Source of the DNA: Gemmatimonadota bacterium
GTDB lineage: Bacteria; Gemmatimonadota; Gemmatimonadetes; Palauibacterales; KS3-K002
Reading direction: 5' to 3'
Length of the DNA: 43,394 nt
Assembly (NCBI GenBank): GCA_039589375.1
Contig: JBDHHL010000008.1
Span: 1 to 43,394, forward strand
In this document: positions 1-10,518 of the stretch, piece by piece
Layout: the number at the start of each line of letters is the position of its first letter
Position numbering within the stretch: position 1 is the stretch's first letter
The notes under the pieces: generated by a model
Told to the model about the DNA's origin: nothing
Seen by the model: only the letters and a program-made list of their open reading frames with translations
The model's database searches: none
Translations under genes and position numbers: made by a program

Positions 1-794
<794 letters not shown>

Positions 795-819
795 GTGCTC
801 TCCTCTCGAGTCGCGATTG

Positions 820-1509
820 TCATTTCTCGCCGGCGGGCGAGTCAGCCGCTGCGTCGGAAGACGCAACCGCCGCACCGCCCTTCGGTTCACGCGTGTGTTG
901 GTAGACCCAAATGATGCGATGTATCGCGGTAAGGTTGGCGAGAACCGCCACTGCGTAGATCACTACACGCAAAGCCAAGCCCGAGTCGCTGCCACCGAAT
1001 ATCAAGGCCGCCAGTCCGATGGCGACCACCCGCTCACCCCGTTGCATCAGCCCGACCTTGCAATCGATGCCCAGCGCCTCCGCGCGCGCGCGGGTGTAGC
1101 TGATCATCAACGAGCCGCCCATGGCCAGCATGATCGCGTAGATCGTGCTCACATCGCCCAACTCGACCCGGTAGTCGTTGTACAGCGACAACAACCCCAG
1201 ATAGACCGCTATCTCTGAGATCCTATCCAGCGTCGAGTCGTAGAAGGCGCCGAACCTGGACGCCAGTCCGGTGGCCCGGGCGACGCGTCCATCGAACACG
1301 TCGAAGACGCCGCCAAGCAGAATGAGGCCCCCCGCCGTCCTGATGTGATTGGAGTGGAACGCGAACGCCGAACTCATCGTGACCAAAAATCCGATCGTGC
1401 TCAGCGCGTTGGGATGGACGCGCCTGCGAACCATCGGGTCGATGATCGGTGACAGCACGGCGATCATTCTACGTTCAACGGCTTTTCTCATATCCTGCAC
1501 GGACGGCAT
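820..1509 (-). CDS. CDP-alcohol phosphatidyltransferase, phosphatidylinositol-phosphate synthase-like (PgsA1-type)
   Basis: 229 aa, multi-TM. Carries the CDP-alcohol PT motif in FDVFDGRVARATGLASRFGAFYDSTLDRISE (D..DG..AR...G...D...D). The ISYTRARAEALG...GLMQRGERV block resembles mycobacterial PgsA1 (ISYIKARAEASG...FIERPERL). ATG start. Lies 25 nt upstream of ino1. Confidence 0.85.
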   Translation of the reverse strand: MPSVQDMRKAVERRMIAVLSPIIDPMVRRRVHPNALSTIGFLVTMSSAFAFHSNHIRTAGGLILLGGVFDVFDGRVARATGLASRFGAFYDSTLDRISEIAVYLGLLSLYNDYRVELGDVSTIYAIMLAMGGSLMISYTRARAEALGIDCKVGLMQRGERVVAIGLAALIFGGSDSGLALRVVIYAVAVLANLTAIHRIIWVYQHTREPKGGAAVASSDAAADSPAGEK

Positions 1510-1552
1510 CGGGATCGCTTCCTTCCCGGTTACGCATGCGAGCGTTTGGCCT

Positions 1553-2398
1553 CTATCGTCGTTCGGCGAGCAGTATACGTCGCTGCCCGGCCAGGTCCTT
1601 TACGATTCTCTCTTCGCCGAACCCACGCGTGCTTCTTACCAGGTCCAGCGCCGCGTCAGCCACGGCAGGCGCGACCTCGAGCGCGAGGAGCGCACCCGGC
1701 TCGAGGTGGCGCGGCGCGGCGTTCACGATCTGCTCGATGACCTCGAACCCAGTCGGGCCGGCGTAAAGGGCGACCGCCGGCTCCCACTCACGCACTTCCT
1801 CGGGCAGCGTATCCGCCTCCCGCTCGGCTACATAAGGCGGGTTGGAGACGATGACGCGGTAGCGCTCTCCTGTACGAATGGCGTCGAACAGGGATCCGAG
1901 GCGAAAGTCGACCTTGTCCTCGACCGCCGCATCCCTCGCGTTGACCCGGGCAACTTTTAGAGCCTCCGGGGATATGTCAACGCCGACGACATCCGTGAAC
2001 GGCCCCTCAACCGCCAGACTGATGGCAATGGCGCCCGACCCGGTTCCCAGGTCAGCGGCCTTGAGCCCATCCCGTTCCCGGCACCAATCGAGCACGCACT
2101 GCACCAGTTGCTCGGTCTCCGGGCGTGGGATCAGAACGGAGCGTCGCCGAACCAGTCGCGATTCGTACTCAGCCAGCTCCCGATCATCCAGCAGCCGGTC
2201 GGCCTGAACAGATATCGCGCCAGGCGTGATCCCTAGCAAACCGGTCAGCAGAAAAAGCGCTTCCCGCCGCGCGTCTTCCCGCGAGCGTGCGGCCAAGACA
2301 TCGCGGCCGCGTTCCAGGGCCGCCCGCACAGAGAGTGGCGCCGCCTCTGTATGACCCGATTCTGAACCGTCCGGCCTCTCCGGTTGCCGGCGACTCAT
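1553..2398 (-). CDS. prmC: peptide chain release factor N5-glutamine methyltransferase
   Basis: 281 aa. SAM-binding [10 protein letters not shown] motif and catalytic NPPY motif (VSNPPYV). ATGA overlap with the prfA stop. Confidence 0.9.
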   Translation of the reverse strand: MSRRQPERPDGSESGHTEAAPLSVRAALERGRDVLAARSREDARREALFLLTGLLGITPGAISVQADRLLDDRELAEYESRLVRRRSVLIPRPETEQLVQCVLDWCRERDGLKAADLGTGSGAIAISLAVEGPFTDVVGVDISPEALKVARVNARDAAVEDKVDFRLGSLFDAIRTGERYRVIVSNPPYVAEREADTLPEEVREWEPAVALYAGPTGFEVIEQIVNAAPRHLEPGALLALEVAPAVADAALDLVRSTRGFGEERIVKDLAGQRRILLAERR

Positions 2399-3474
2399 GC
2401 GCTCAGCCGTTCCTCCCGGCGCGCAACCCGCAGTTCCCGTAGCAGCTCGTCGAGGTTTCCGTCCAGGATCTCCTGAAGACGGTGCAGGGTGAGGCTGATA
2501 CGATGGTCTGTGACGCGGCTCTGGGGAAAGTTGTAAGTACGGATTTTGGCTGAACGATCGCCTGTGCCGACCTGCATGCGGCGCTGCCGCGCCCGCTCCG
2601 ACTCCTGCTCCGCGATCTTCACATCCAACAGACGGCTGCGCAGCACCTTCATCGCGCGGGCTTTGTTCTTGTGCTGCGACTTCTCGTCTTGGCAGGTAAC
2701 GACGAGCCCCGAAGGAACATGAGTGATGCGAACGGCCGAGTCGGTGGTGTTGACGCTCTGGCCGCCGGGCCCGGAGGAACGAAAGACGTCCACCTTCAAG
2801 TCTTCCGGATTGATTTCGACATCTACGTCCTCGGCTTCGGGCAGGACGGCGACCGTCGCCGCCGACGTGTGAATGCGCCCCTGGCTCTCCGTTTCCGGCA
2901 CCCGCTGAACTCGATGCACGCCCGATTCGTAGCGCAGAGCACCGTAGGCGTTCTTGCCCCGGACGACGAAGACGACCTCCTTGAGGCCGTTGAGCACGCC
3001 TTCGCTGGTGGACAGGACCTCGACCTTCCAGCCCTGCTTTTCGGCGTAGCGGGAATACATGCGATACAGATCGGAGGCGAAGAGACCCGCCTCGTCACCA
3101 CCGGTGCCGGCCCGGATCTCGATGACGGCGGCGCGATCGTCCAGTGGGTCGCGCGGCGTCAGCAAGTCCCGGATCTGCGCCTCGAGCTGCTCGAGTCGCA
3201 CCTGCAGATGCTCGGCTTCTCCCTGCGCGAGCTCGCGCAGGTCGGCATCATCGGCGCCTTCGCTCAGCTCTCGCGCTTCACCTAGCTCCTGGCTGAGCTT
3301 CAGGTACTCGGAGCCCACGCCCACGATCTGTTCGAGCGCGGAATGCTCCTGAGCTACCGCCCGCAACCGTTCGGTGTCGGAGATTATCTCGGGCTTGGCC
3401 AGCTGGCGTCCGAGCTCCTCGCGGCGCTCGATGGCCTCCTGGACCTTCCCTCTCAGGACCTCGAGACTGGACAT
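2395..3474 (-). CDS. prfA: peptide chain release factor 1
   Basis: 359 aa. GGQ motif ([19 protein letters not shown]) and the RF1-type core [26 protein letters not shown]. Confidence 0.97.
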   Translation of the reverse strand: MSSLEVLRGKVQEAIERREELGRQLAKPEIISDTERLRAVAQEHSALEQIVGVGSEYLKLSQELGEARELSEGADDADLRELAQGEAEHLQVRLEQLEAQIRDLLTPRDPLDDRAAVIEIRAGTGGDEAGLFASDLYRMYSRYAEKQGWKVEVLSTSEGVLNGLKEVVFVVRGKNAYGALRYESGVHRVQRVPETESQGRIHTSAATVAVLPEAEDVDVEINPEDLKVDVFRSSGPGGQSVNTTDSAVRITHVPSGLVVTCQDEKSQHKNKARAMKVLRSRLLDVKIAEQESERARQRRMQVGTGDRSAKIRTYNFPQSRVTDHRISLTLHRLQEILDGNLDELLRELRVARREERLSA

Positions 3475-3519
3475 CTACTTGAATTGAAGGCCGCGCTAGA
3501 GGCGGCCGGGTCCCCGATT

Positions 3520-3825
3520 TTACTCAGTCTTCTCGTCGCCAGCCGATGCTGCCACCGGCTCCGACTTAGCTGCAGCCTTCGCGGCCTTCGCGGCCTTCGC
3601 GGCCTTCGCTTTGCCGGCCTTCCCCTTCTGGCCCTCGTACTTGCGGCGGAACCTCTCGACACGGCCAGCGGTGTCCACCAGCTTCTGCCGACCGGTGAAG
3701 AAGGGGTGGCAGCGCGAGCAGATCTCCACATGGATCGAGTCCAGCGTGGACCGTGTGGTGAAGCTGCTCCCGCAGGCGCACGTGACCGAAGCGGTCTTGT
3801 ACTCGGGGTGAATTCCTTCTTTCAT
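3520..3825 (-). CDS. rpmE: 50S ribosomal protein L31 (bL31, Zn-ribbon type A) with Lys/Ala-rich C-terminal extension
   Basis: The L31 sequence begins at the internal ATG at 3825: [59 protein letters not shown]. It has the 4 Cys. The track ORF 3520..4053 is over-extended upstream into lnt. Confidence 0.93.
   Translation of the reverse strand: MKEGIHPEYKTASVTCACGSSFTTRSTLDSIHVEICSRCHPFFTGRQKLVDTAGRVERFRRKYEGQKGKAGKAKAAKAAKAAKAAAKSEPVAASAGDEKTE
3572..3607 (-). repeat. 9-bp in-frame microsatellite (gcggccttc x4 on + strand) encoding (KAA)n in the L31 tail
   Basis: Direct reading: gcagccttc gcggccttc gcggccttc gcggccttc. It translates as [12 protein letters not shown] on the minus strand. Confidence 0.85.
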
Positions 3826-3849
3826 CCCACTACCCTGAGTCCGAGTTTT

Positions 3850-3882
3850 CGTAAGAAAAGCAACGGCCCCCACGGGGGCCGT
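3850..3882 (-). terminator. probable intrinsic terminator after lnt, lying in the rpmE leader
   Basis: Perfect 8-bp GC stem ACGGCCCC/GGGGCCGT (3863-3870 / 3875-3882) with a 4-nt loop. On the minus strand it is followed by TGCTTTTCTTACGAAAA. Confidence 0.55.
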
Positions 3883-3949
3883 CATCCCGGGATCAAATCT
3901 ATCAGGCCGCTCGCCCGGTGCAAGCAGGCCGCTCTCTTTGTAATCTTTA

Positions 3950-5590
3950 TTACGAACCGACCGGCACCTCGGCGCCCCTGCGCCGCCCACGCCACCATGA
4001 AACCACCAGCAGGAAGACAGCCGAGGTGGCCGCCAACCAACCCGGCCAGTCACCGAATCGGCTGAAGACGGTCAAGCCGTCCACCGTCTCGACCGTCGCG
4101 ATGCGGGCATCCGGCTGAAAGAGCGGAGTCGCGTCGTACATGCGTCCGCGAGGGTCCACGAACAGCGAGACACCCGTATTGGCCGACCGAGCGATGCCGA
4201 CGCGGTTCTCGATCGCCCGCATGACCAGGTGGGCCGGATGCTGAGAGAGAGCACTCGTCCGGCTCCAGATGGGATGCTCGCGCCCGAACCAGGCGTCATT
4301 AGTGATGTTCACGAGGAAGTCGGCGCCTTCGCGCCGGTACGTTCGAGACAGGCCCGGGAAGATCGACTCGTAGCAGATGAGGACGCCAAAACTCGAGCCG
4401 TCCAAGCTCATGACTGGCTCTTCGGCACCACGGCCGAAGCCACCGAACCAGCGGAGGAAGGCCGCCAAGTCGCCTACGAGCGGAACCTGTCGGCCGCGAA
4501 GCTTGGCCCGCAGGTCGCGAAGCCACTCGATGGGTATGAAGGGCACGCGTTCCACGACGGGCACGAGGTATTTCTTGCGATACAGCCCAGAGGTCATGCC
4601 CTGGCGGTCGAGCAGCAGCGCGGCGTTGTAGTTGTCGTAGTCGTCGTCGCCGTACCGCTCGAAGTCCAGTCCTCCGAAAAGGAGCCCCGCGTCGTTATCG
4701 CGAGATAGCGATGCCGCCCAGAACATCCACTCCTCGGCCAGTCGGAAGTAGTAGGGGAGCGCAGTTTCCGGCCAGACGATCAAATCGACGGGCGCCGCAT
4801 CGTCCAAGGCCGTCGCCGTCAGATTCGCGAGGGCGATTCGGCTGCTGTCCTGCGCCGCTTCCCGTTCGAGCTTGAGATCCTCGGGGATGTTCGGCTGTAC
4901 GACCAGTACCCGGGCTGCCGCGCGTGTTTCGAGTGTGTGCCACCGGGCTAACGAATAGCCGACGGGCAACCCGACGAGGAGGACGAGCGCCAGGGACCAA
5001 CGCCGCCAGCGCAAACGCAAGCCATCCAGCCACCACTCGGCCAGAAGGCCGTTGATCGCTACAAGCCAGACGGTGACTCCCCTCGCCCCGGTGATGTCGG
5101 CGAACCCGATGAGGGAGGGAAACCCGGTCAGCGAGCTTCCGAGTCCCAGCCAGGGAAAGGCCAGGTCACCGAGCTGCGCGCGCAGCCATTCCGCGGTGGT
5201 CCAGAAGATGGGCAGCAGAATCCAGAACGGCAGCGAGTATCGAGTCCGGAATCGGTGTATCGCCCACCCTGCGCCGGCGAGGAACGTCGAGAGGACGACT
5301 ACGGCGATGATGTACCCGAGCAGCGACAGCCAGGTATAGTAGACCAGAGCCGCGAACAGCCAGTAGAGCAGCGTACCGTAGAAGACGGCACCCATCCAGA
5401 ACGTGGCGCGCCGGACCGAGACAGAACCCGAGCGGTCGGCCGGGCATCCCGCCACGAACACTAGGTACGGGACGAGCGCCACGAATGGCGGGATCAACAA
5501 ATGAAAGGGTGGAAAGGAGAGGGTGAGTAGAACCCCGCTGACTACCGGAAGACCGATTTCCTTTCCCCGAGGCAAGACGGGGTGTTTCAC
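3950..5590 (-). CDS. lnt: apolipoprotein N-acyltransferase
   Basis: 546 aa. N-terminal polytopic membrane domain plus a C-terminal nitrilase/CN-hydrolase domain with VWPE, the [19 protein letters not shown] block and the catalytic Cys block [15 protein letters not shown] start overlaps the upstream gene's stop (GTGA). Confidence 0.9.
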   Translation of the reverse strand: MKHPVLPRGKEIGLPVVSGVLLTLSFPPFHLLIPPFVALVPYLVFVAGCPADRSGSVSVRRATFWMGAVFYGTLLYWLFAALVYYTWLSLLGYIIAVVVLSTFLAGAGWAIHRFRTRYSLPFWILLPIFWTTAEWLRAQLGDLAFPWLGLGSSLTGFPSLIGFADITGARGVTVWLVAINGLLAEWWLDGLRLRWRRWSLALVLLVGLPVGYSLARWHTLETRAAARVLVVQPNIPEDLKLEREAAQDSSRIALANLTATALDDAAPVDLIVWPETALPYYFRLAEEWMFWAASLSRDNDAGLLFGGLDFERYGDDDYDNYNAALLLDRQGMTSGLYRKKYLVPVVERVPFIPIEWLRDLRAKLRGRQVPLVGDLAAFLRWFGGFGRGAEEPVMSLDGSSFGVLICYESIFPGLSRTYRREGADFLVNITNDAWFGREHPIWSRTSALSQHPAHLVMRAIENRVGIARSANTGVSLFVDPRGRMYDATPLFQPDARIATVETVDGLTVFSRFGDWPGWLAATSAVFLLVVSWWRGRRRGAEVPVGS

Positions 5591-6600
5591 AGAACGATCT
5601 CTCGACCCTCTTCCGTCGATCTGTAGCAGGCATCGACGATGCCGAGCAGCACCTCTTGCTCCTCGGGAAGCGGTTCCTCTCGCACGCCCTGAATCACCCT
5701 CATGAAGTACTCGAGCTCGCGCCGGTAGGACGCCCGGAACACGTTCTCCGTGCCCGGCGCCAATCTGGGCGTGACATCCACGATCTTCCCGCCGGTCTCT
5801 TTCTGCACCATGAACGGCGACAACGACCCGAAGCCCGTGGCGCCCATGGCAGCCAGCGTATGACGATCATCGACGGCGGCCAGATCCCAGCTCACTTCGA
5901 CGCTGCAGGTCACATTACCCTCGAGCCTCATCAGGATTACCGCCGAGTCGTCGACGCCGTCGTCGTCCCGGTCCAGCAAGTACGCAGTGAGACGCTCGGG
6001 AGCAGGGTAGTCGAGCATCCAGAGGCAAGCGTCCAGGTTGGTGACGCCCAGGTCCATGACCACGCCACCACCGCGCTCCTGACTTCGGCGCCACTCGCTC
6101 ACTCGCGGGCGCCGCGCGAGACGTCGTTGCCAACTGGAGTGAACGTGGAAGATCTCGCCCAACTCGCCCGCCTGGATGAACCGCCGCAGCGCCCAGGCAT
6201 CGGGGCGGAAACGATGATTGTTGGCGACCATCAGGTTGCGGCCGCTCTGTTTCGCGACCGCCAGTGTCCGGGCAACCTGCTCGCGGCTGGTACCGAGGGG
6301 ACGCTCGCAAAGGACATCGGTTCCGGCCTGCAGAGCGAGTTCTGTTTGTTCGGCGTGCAGATGGTTGGGCGTACACACAACGACCGCGTCGAGTCCCTCA
6401 TGCTCGAGGAAGTCCGCGGCCGAGGAGTAGACGGCCGGTGAACCGTGACGATCCGCGACCAGCTCGGCCTTGGTGCGGTTGTCGTCGCATATGGCAACCA
6501 ACTTCACGCTCGTCATCTCCGACAAGATCGGGAGATGGACCAGCTGCGCGATGGCTCCGCAGCCTATGACTCCGACTTCAACGGCGTCTTTCTCAGCCAT
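5587..6600 (-). CDS. Gfo/Idh/MocA family NAD(P)-dependent oxidoreductase
   Basis: 337 aa. N-terminal Rossmann VGVIGCGAIAQLVHLPIL, VVVCTPNHLHAEQ, CERPL motif. Substrate is not inferable. Confidence 0.85.
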   Translation of the reverse strand: MAEKDAVEVGVIGCGAIAQLVHLPILSEMTSVKLVAICDDNRTKAELVADRHGSPAVYSSAADFLEHEGLDAVVVCTPNHLHAEQTELALQAGTDVLCERPLGTSREQVARTLAVAKQSGRNLMVANNHRFRPDAWALRRFIQAGELGEIFHVHSSWQRRLARRPRVSEWRRSQERGGGVVMDLGVTNLDACLWMLDYPAPERLTAYLLDRDDDGVDDSAVILMRLEGNVTCSVEVSWDLAAVDDRHTLAAMGATGFGSLSPFMVQKETGGKIVDVTPRLAPGTENVFRASYRRELEYFMRVIQGVREEPLPEEQEVLLGIVDACYRSTEEGREIVL

Positions 6601-6622
6601 GACTATCCGCGGTCCTTCCAGG

Positions 6623-7786
6623 TCACGAGGTCGGCGATCCCCCGTCTTGCCAGTCCGGCGTCCAACTGATCGCCCCTTCGTTGCTCGACTCCCGCACGGG
6701 AGCCGGTTCCACTTCCTCGATCAATTCCAGCAGAGCGTCGACGATCTCCGCCTCGGGGACTTTTCGGGCTACCTCCCCGCGCACATACAGCAGTCCTTCA
6801 CCCTTCCCTCCGGCGATACCGATATCGGCTTCCCGCGCCTCGCCTGGTCCATTCACAGCGCACCCCATCACCGCCACCGTAAGCGGCTTGCGGATGTTCC
6901 GCGTCCGTTCCTCCACTTCGTTGGCCAAGCGTATCAGGTCGACCTGGAGGCGACCGCATCCAGGGCAGGCGACGATGCGAATGCTCTCTCGGCGAAGATC
7001 GAGCGACTCGAGGATCGTGCGGGCCGCGTGGACTTCCTCCACCGGGTCGGCCGACAGCGAAACGCGCAGCGTGTCACCGATCCCTTCGGCCAGTAGGGTT
7101 CCAATCCCAATGGCCGACTTGATGTTTCCGGCACGCGGCGTGCCCGCCTCCGTCACGCCCAGATGGAGGGGATAGAGGAACTCACGAGCGGCCAAGCGAT
7201 AGGCGTCGATCATCAGCGGCACGTGAGAAGCCTTGAGCGAGATCACGATGTCCTCGAAGCCTTCGTCCTCCAGCAGACCGACATGGCGTCGCGCGCTTTC
7301 GACCATCGCCTCCGCCGTGGGGCGCCCGTACTTCGCCAGAAGATCGCGCTCGAGCGACCCGGCATTGACCCCCACACGGATCGGCAAGCCCCGTTCGCGA
7401 GCGGCATCGACCACCGCCCTCACGCGAGATGCATCACCGATGTTGCCTGGATTCAGCCGCAATTTGGCTACACCGGCCTCGGCGGCTGCGATGGCGAGCT
7501 TGTAGTTGAAGTGGATATCGGCCACCAAAGGAACCGGCGAGTTCGCCACTAATTCAGGCAACCGGTCCGCGGCTTGCTCGTTCGGCACCGCCGTACGGAC
7601 GATATCGACGCCAGCCTCGGCCAATCGCTGAATCTCGTCAATAGAGCTGGCGACGGCCACAGGGCTGGAAAGCGTCATCGATTGGATGGATACTGGCTCG
7701 CCGCCTCCGATGGGCACGTCTCCGACCATCACCCTGCGCGTGCGTTCACGGTGCGGAATCTCAGAATCTATCGCAATCTGTTTCAT
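6623..7786 (-). CDS. ispG: 4-hydroxy-3-methylbut-2-en-1-yl diphosphate synthase (MEP pathway)
   Basis: 387 aa. SMTLS..., LRLNPGNIG, VGVNAGSLE and the 4Fe-4S ligand region IVACPGCGR...VMGCAVNGPGE. Confidence 0.95.
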   Translation of the reverse strand: MKQIAIDSEIPHRERTRRVMVGDVPIGGGEPVSIQSMTLSSPVAVASSIDEIQRLAEAGVDIVRTAVPNEQAADRLPELVANSPVPLVADIHFNYKLAIAAAEAGVAKLRLNPGNIGDASRVRAVVDAARERGLPIRVGVNAGSLERDLLAKYGRPTAEAMVESARRHVGLLEDEGFEDIVISLKASHVPLMIDAYRLAAREFLYPLHLGVTEAGTPRAGNIKSAIGIGTLLAEGIGDTLRVSLSADPVEEVHAARTILESLDLRRESIRIVACPGCGRLQVDLIRLANEVEERTRNIRKPLTVAVMGCAVNGPGEAREADIGIAGGKGEGLLYVRGEVARKVPEAEIVDALLELIEEVEPAPVRESSNEGAISWTPDWQDGGSPTS

Positions 7787-7831
7787 CGCGGCTCTCGTAA
7801 CCGATAGCAGCTGCAGCCTAGCTCGTAGAAT

Positions 7832-9130
7832 CTAGGCCTGCTCCGCCACCTCCGCGAGCGACCGATCCACGGCTTCGAGGGTCTGGTCGATATCGGCGTC
7901 GCTGTGGGCCGTAGAGATAAACCCCGCCTCGAAGGGCGAAGGCGCGAAGAACACCCCAGCCTCCAGACACTTACGATAATACGCCGAGAAGAAATCTCTG
8001 TTCACCTGCAGGGCGTCCGAGAAGTTGCGGACGGGCCCATCGCACAGGTACACGCCCCACATCGACCCCACGGCCGAGCCCGTCGCCGGTACGCCGTGTC
8101 GGCCGGCGGCATCGATGATACCGTTGACGAGGCGAGTTGCACTTTCCTGCAAGGCCGGGTAGGGCTGCTCGCGCTCGAGGACTTCAAGCTGAGCCAGGCC
8201 CGCCGCCATCGCGACCGGGTTCCCGGACAGCGTACCCGCCTGGTAGACGTCGCCCTCCGGGGCGACTTTGGCCATGATGTCACGCCGGCCGCCGTACGCG
8301 CCGACCGGGAAGCCGCCGCCGATCACCTTGCCCAGCGTGGTCAGGTCGGGATGGACCCCGTATCGCTCCTGCGCACCGCCCAGCGCAACCCTGAAACCAG
8401 TCATGACCTCGTCGAAGATGAGCAGCGCGCCCACACGCCGTGTCTCTTCGCGCAAGAATCCGAGGAAGCCGGCCTCCGGGGCAATCAGGCCGGCGTTGCC
8501 CACCACGGGCTCCACGATGACCGCGGCCAGCTTGTCGCCGTGTTGGTTCAACGCCTCGATGATGGCCTGGCGATCGTTGAACGGCACCGTGAGGGTCAGG
8601 CGGGTGATGTCCTGAGGGACGCCGGGCGACGTCGGCAGCCCGAGCGTAGCCAGCCCCGACCCCGCTTTCGCGAGAAAGCTGTCGCCGTGGCCGTGATAGC
8701 AGCCTTCGAACTTCAGGATCAGGTCGCGCCCGGTGAAAGCCCGCGCCACACGAACCGCCGACATCGTCGCTTCGGTACCGCTGTTCACGAAGCGGACCAC
8801 CTCGATCGAAGGGACGCAGCCGATGACCTTCTCGGCGAGCTCGACTTCCTCGGGAGTCGGCGTCCCGTAGTGCGTGCCCTTGCGGACGGCACGCTCCGCG
8901 GCCTCGGTGACTTCGGGGTGCGCGTGACCCAGAATCAGAGGGCCCCAAGAGAGCACGTAGTCTATGTACTCGGCGCCGTCTACATCGCGCAGCCGTGACC
9001 CCTTTCCGCTCGCCGTGAAGAACGGCTGGCCACCGACCGCGCCGAATGCACGGACGGGCGAGTTGACACCGCCCGGTGTAACGGTCCGAGCGCGATCGAA
9101 CAGATCAAGTGACGCTTTCCCAGGTGTCAT
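7832..9130 (-). CDS. hemL: glutamate-1-semialdehyde 2,1-aminomutase
   Basis: FDRARTVTPGGVNSPVRAF, IFDEVMTGFR, TLGKVIGGGFPVGAYGG. Starting at ATG 9130 (MTPGK...) gives about 432 aa and an ATGA overlap with the rimO stop. The track ORF start at 9223 and the ATG at 9139 are alternatives. Confidence 0.93.
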   Translation of the reverse strand: MTPGKASLDLFDRARTVTPGGVNSPVRAFGAVGGQPFFTASGKGSRLRDVDGAEYIDYVLSWGPLILGHAHPEVTEAAERAVRKGTHYGTPTPEEVELAEKVIGCVPSIEVVRFVNSGTEATMSAVRVARAFTGRDLILKFEGCYHGHGDSFLAKAGSGLATLGLPTSPGVPQDITRLTLTVPFNDRQAIIEALNQHGDKLAAVIVEPVVGNAGLIAPEAGFLGFLREETRRVGALLIFDEVMTGFRVALGGAQERYGVHPDLTTLGKVIGGGFPVGAYGGRRDIMAKVAPEGDVYQAGTLSGNPVAMAAGLAQLEVLEREQPYPALQESATRLVNGIIDAAGRHGVPATGSAVGSMWGVYLCDGPVRNFSDALQVNRDFFSAYYRKCLEAGVFFAPSPFEAGFISTAHSDADIDQTLEAVDRSLAEVAEQA

Positions 9131-10518
9131 CTTCCCCATGCGGTTTGAAGGTCCAGTGATAGCGGCTCGACGTAATCTGCCGGACGCCGCGCCACCCGAA
9201 TCCGCTCGCTGGCCACAGCCCACAGGTCCGCATCGTCCGCGTTCACCACGGTGGCGCGGGCGAGGTCGCCGGGCGCGAGCTCGAAATCGGGGGCGCTAAG
9301 GTATGTCGATCCGTCGATTTCGAAAGCCTGGCTGCGTGATCGGGCCTCAATGTCCCGCGCCCCATCTTCCCCATCCGGGCAATGGTCCACGATCACTTCC
9401 ATCTGACTACCGATCAGGGCCCGATGTCGAGAGGCCACAATCGAGCGCTGCAGTTCGCTGACGATTCCCAGCCGTTCCATCTTCAGCGAGTCGGGCACCG
9501 GATCCGGCAGCTCCGTTCCCGGCGTGCCTGGTTGGGGTGAGTACGCGAATACGCCGAGGTGATCGAACTGTACCTCATCGATGAAGTCGAGCAACTCCTC
9601 GAAATCCTCTTCGCTCTCGCCTGGAAACCCGACCACCACGGTGGTGCGCAGCGTCAGATCGGGTATCTCCTTCCGCAACCATGCGATCTTGTCCCGCAAG
9701 CGGTGCGGCCGCTCCGGCCGTCGCATACGCTCCAGCATGCTGGCGCTGGCGTGCTGGATCGGCATATCGATATAGGAAAGGAGCCTCTCCTCCCCGGCGA
9801 TAAGTTCGACGAGCGCCGGCTGCAATCCAGCCGAATAGACGTAGAGCAGCCGGAACCAGGGCAGATCGGTTTCCTCGATCAACCGCTCGAGCAACCCGTA
9901 AAGTCCAGGTTGGCCGGGCATGTCCCGGCCGTAATGAGCCAGGTCTTGGGCAACGAGATTGAGCTCGACTACACCGCGTGCCTCCAAGGCCCGCGCCTCT
10001 TCCACCAGCCGCTCCAGGTCGAAGGAACGATGGCGTCCGCGCCAAAGCGGTATGGCGCAGAAGGCACACTTGTGGTCGCAGCCTTCGCTGACCTTCAGGT
10101 ACGACAAATGCCTCAGGCCGCCCGCGGGTAGGCGCGAGCCCGGGTGTTTGTGCACGCGACCGTCGAGCAGTCCACGCATCACCAATTGCGGCACCAGATC
10201 CGGCAGGTCCCGCAGACCCAGGAACAGATCCACTTCAGGGATCGATTGCTGCAGCTCCAGCCGGTATCGCTCCACCATGCAGCCGACCGCTACGAGGGCG
10301 CGGAGTTGGCCGATGTCCTTGAGACGTGCTGCTTCGAGCAGTGTCTCGATCGACTCTTCCTTCGCCGCATCGATGAAGGCACACGTGTTGACCAGCAAGA
10401 TCTCGGCGTCGGCGGGCTCGGGTGTAAACGTCGCGCCGTGGCCAACCAGCGTGGCCACCATGCGTTCAGAATCTACCGTGTTTTTGTCACACCCAAGCGT
10501 TACGACGGAAAACTTCAC
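9127..10518 (-). CDS. rimO: ribosomal protein S12 methylthiotransferase (radical SAM MTTase)
   Basis: 463 aa. N-terminal VVTLGCDKNTVDSE, radical-SAM cluster VSEGCDHKCAFCAIP, YIDMPIQHAS, LRTTVVVGFPGESEEDF and a C-terminal TRAM-like end (EIDGSTYL...DLWAV). It aligns in my memory with E. coli RimO rather than MiaB. GTG start. Confidence 0.85.
   Translation of the reverse strand: MKFSVVTLGCDKNTVDSERMVATLVGHGATFTPEPADAEILLVNTCAFIDAAKEESIETLLEAARLKDIGQLRALVAVGCMVERYRLELQQSIPEVDLFLGLRDLPDLVPQLVMRGLLDGRVHKHPGSRLPAGGLRHLSYLKVSEGCDHKCAFCAIPLWRGRHRSFDLERLVEEARALEARGVVELNLVAQDLAHYGRDMPGQPGLYGLLERLIEETDLPWFRLLYVYSAGLQPALVELIAGEERLLSYIDMPIQHASASMLERMRRPERPHRLRDKIAWLRKEIPDLTLRTTVVVGFPGESEEDFEELLDFIDEVQFDHLGVFAYSPQPGTPGTELPDPVPDSLKMERLGIVSELQRSIVASRHRALIGSQMEVIVDHCPDGEDGARDIEARSRSQAFEIDGSTYLSAPDFELAPGDLARATVVNADDADLWAVASERIRVARRPADYVEPLSLDLQTAWGR

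Noticed and set aside
3475-3519. Hairpin GGCCGC(N7)GCGGCC between rpmE and prfA, and GCCCGGC(N5)GCCGGGC at 34155-34173 between ybgF and nrdR, as terminators
   Set aside because: The stems are short (6-7 bp) and lack a following T-tract. They are more likely incidental GC-rich palindromes or weak processing sites.
3826-4053. N-terminal 76 codons of track ORF 3520..4053, extending L31 upstream
   Set aside because: The canonical L31 N-terminus MKEGIHPEY begins at 3825. The extension overlaps the lnt 3' end and crosses a terminator hairpin.
7904-8998. 364-aa + strand ORF antisense to hemL (and similar antisense ORFs opposite ispG, rimO, accC, hutI, lptD and others)
   Set aside because: The minus-strand genes have unmistakable conserved motifs. 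The antisense products are Arg/Gly/Asp-rich with no motifs. This is the typical high-GC artefact.
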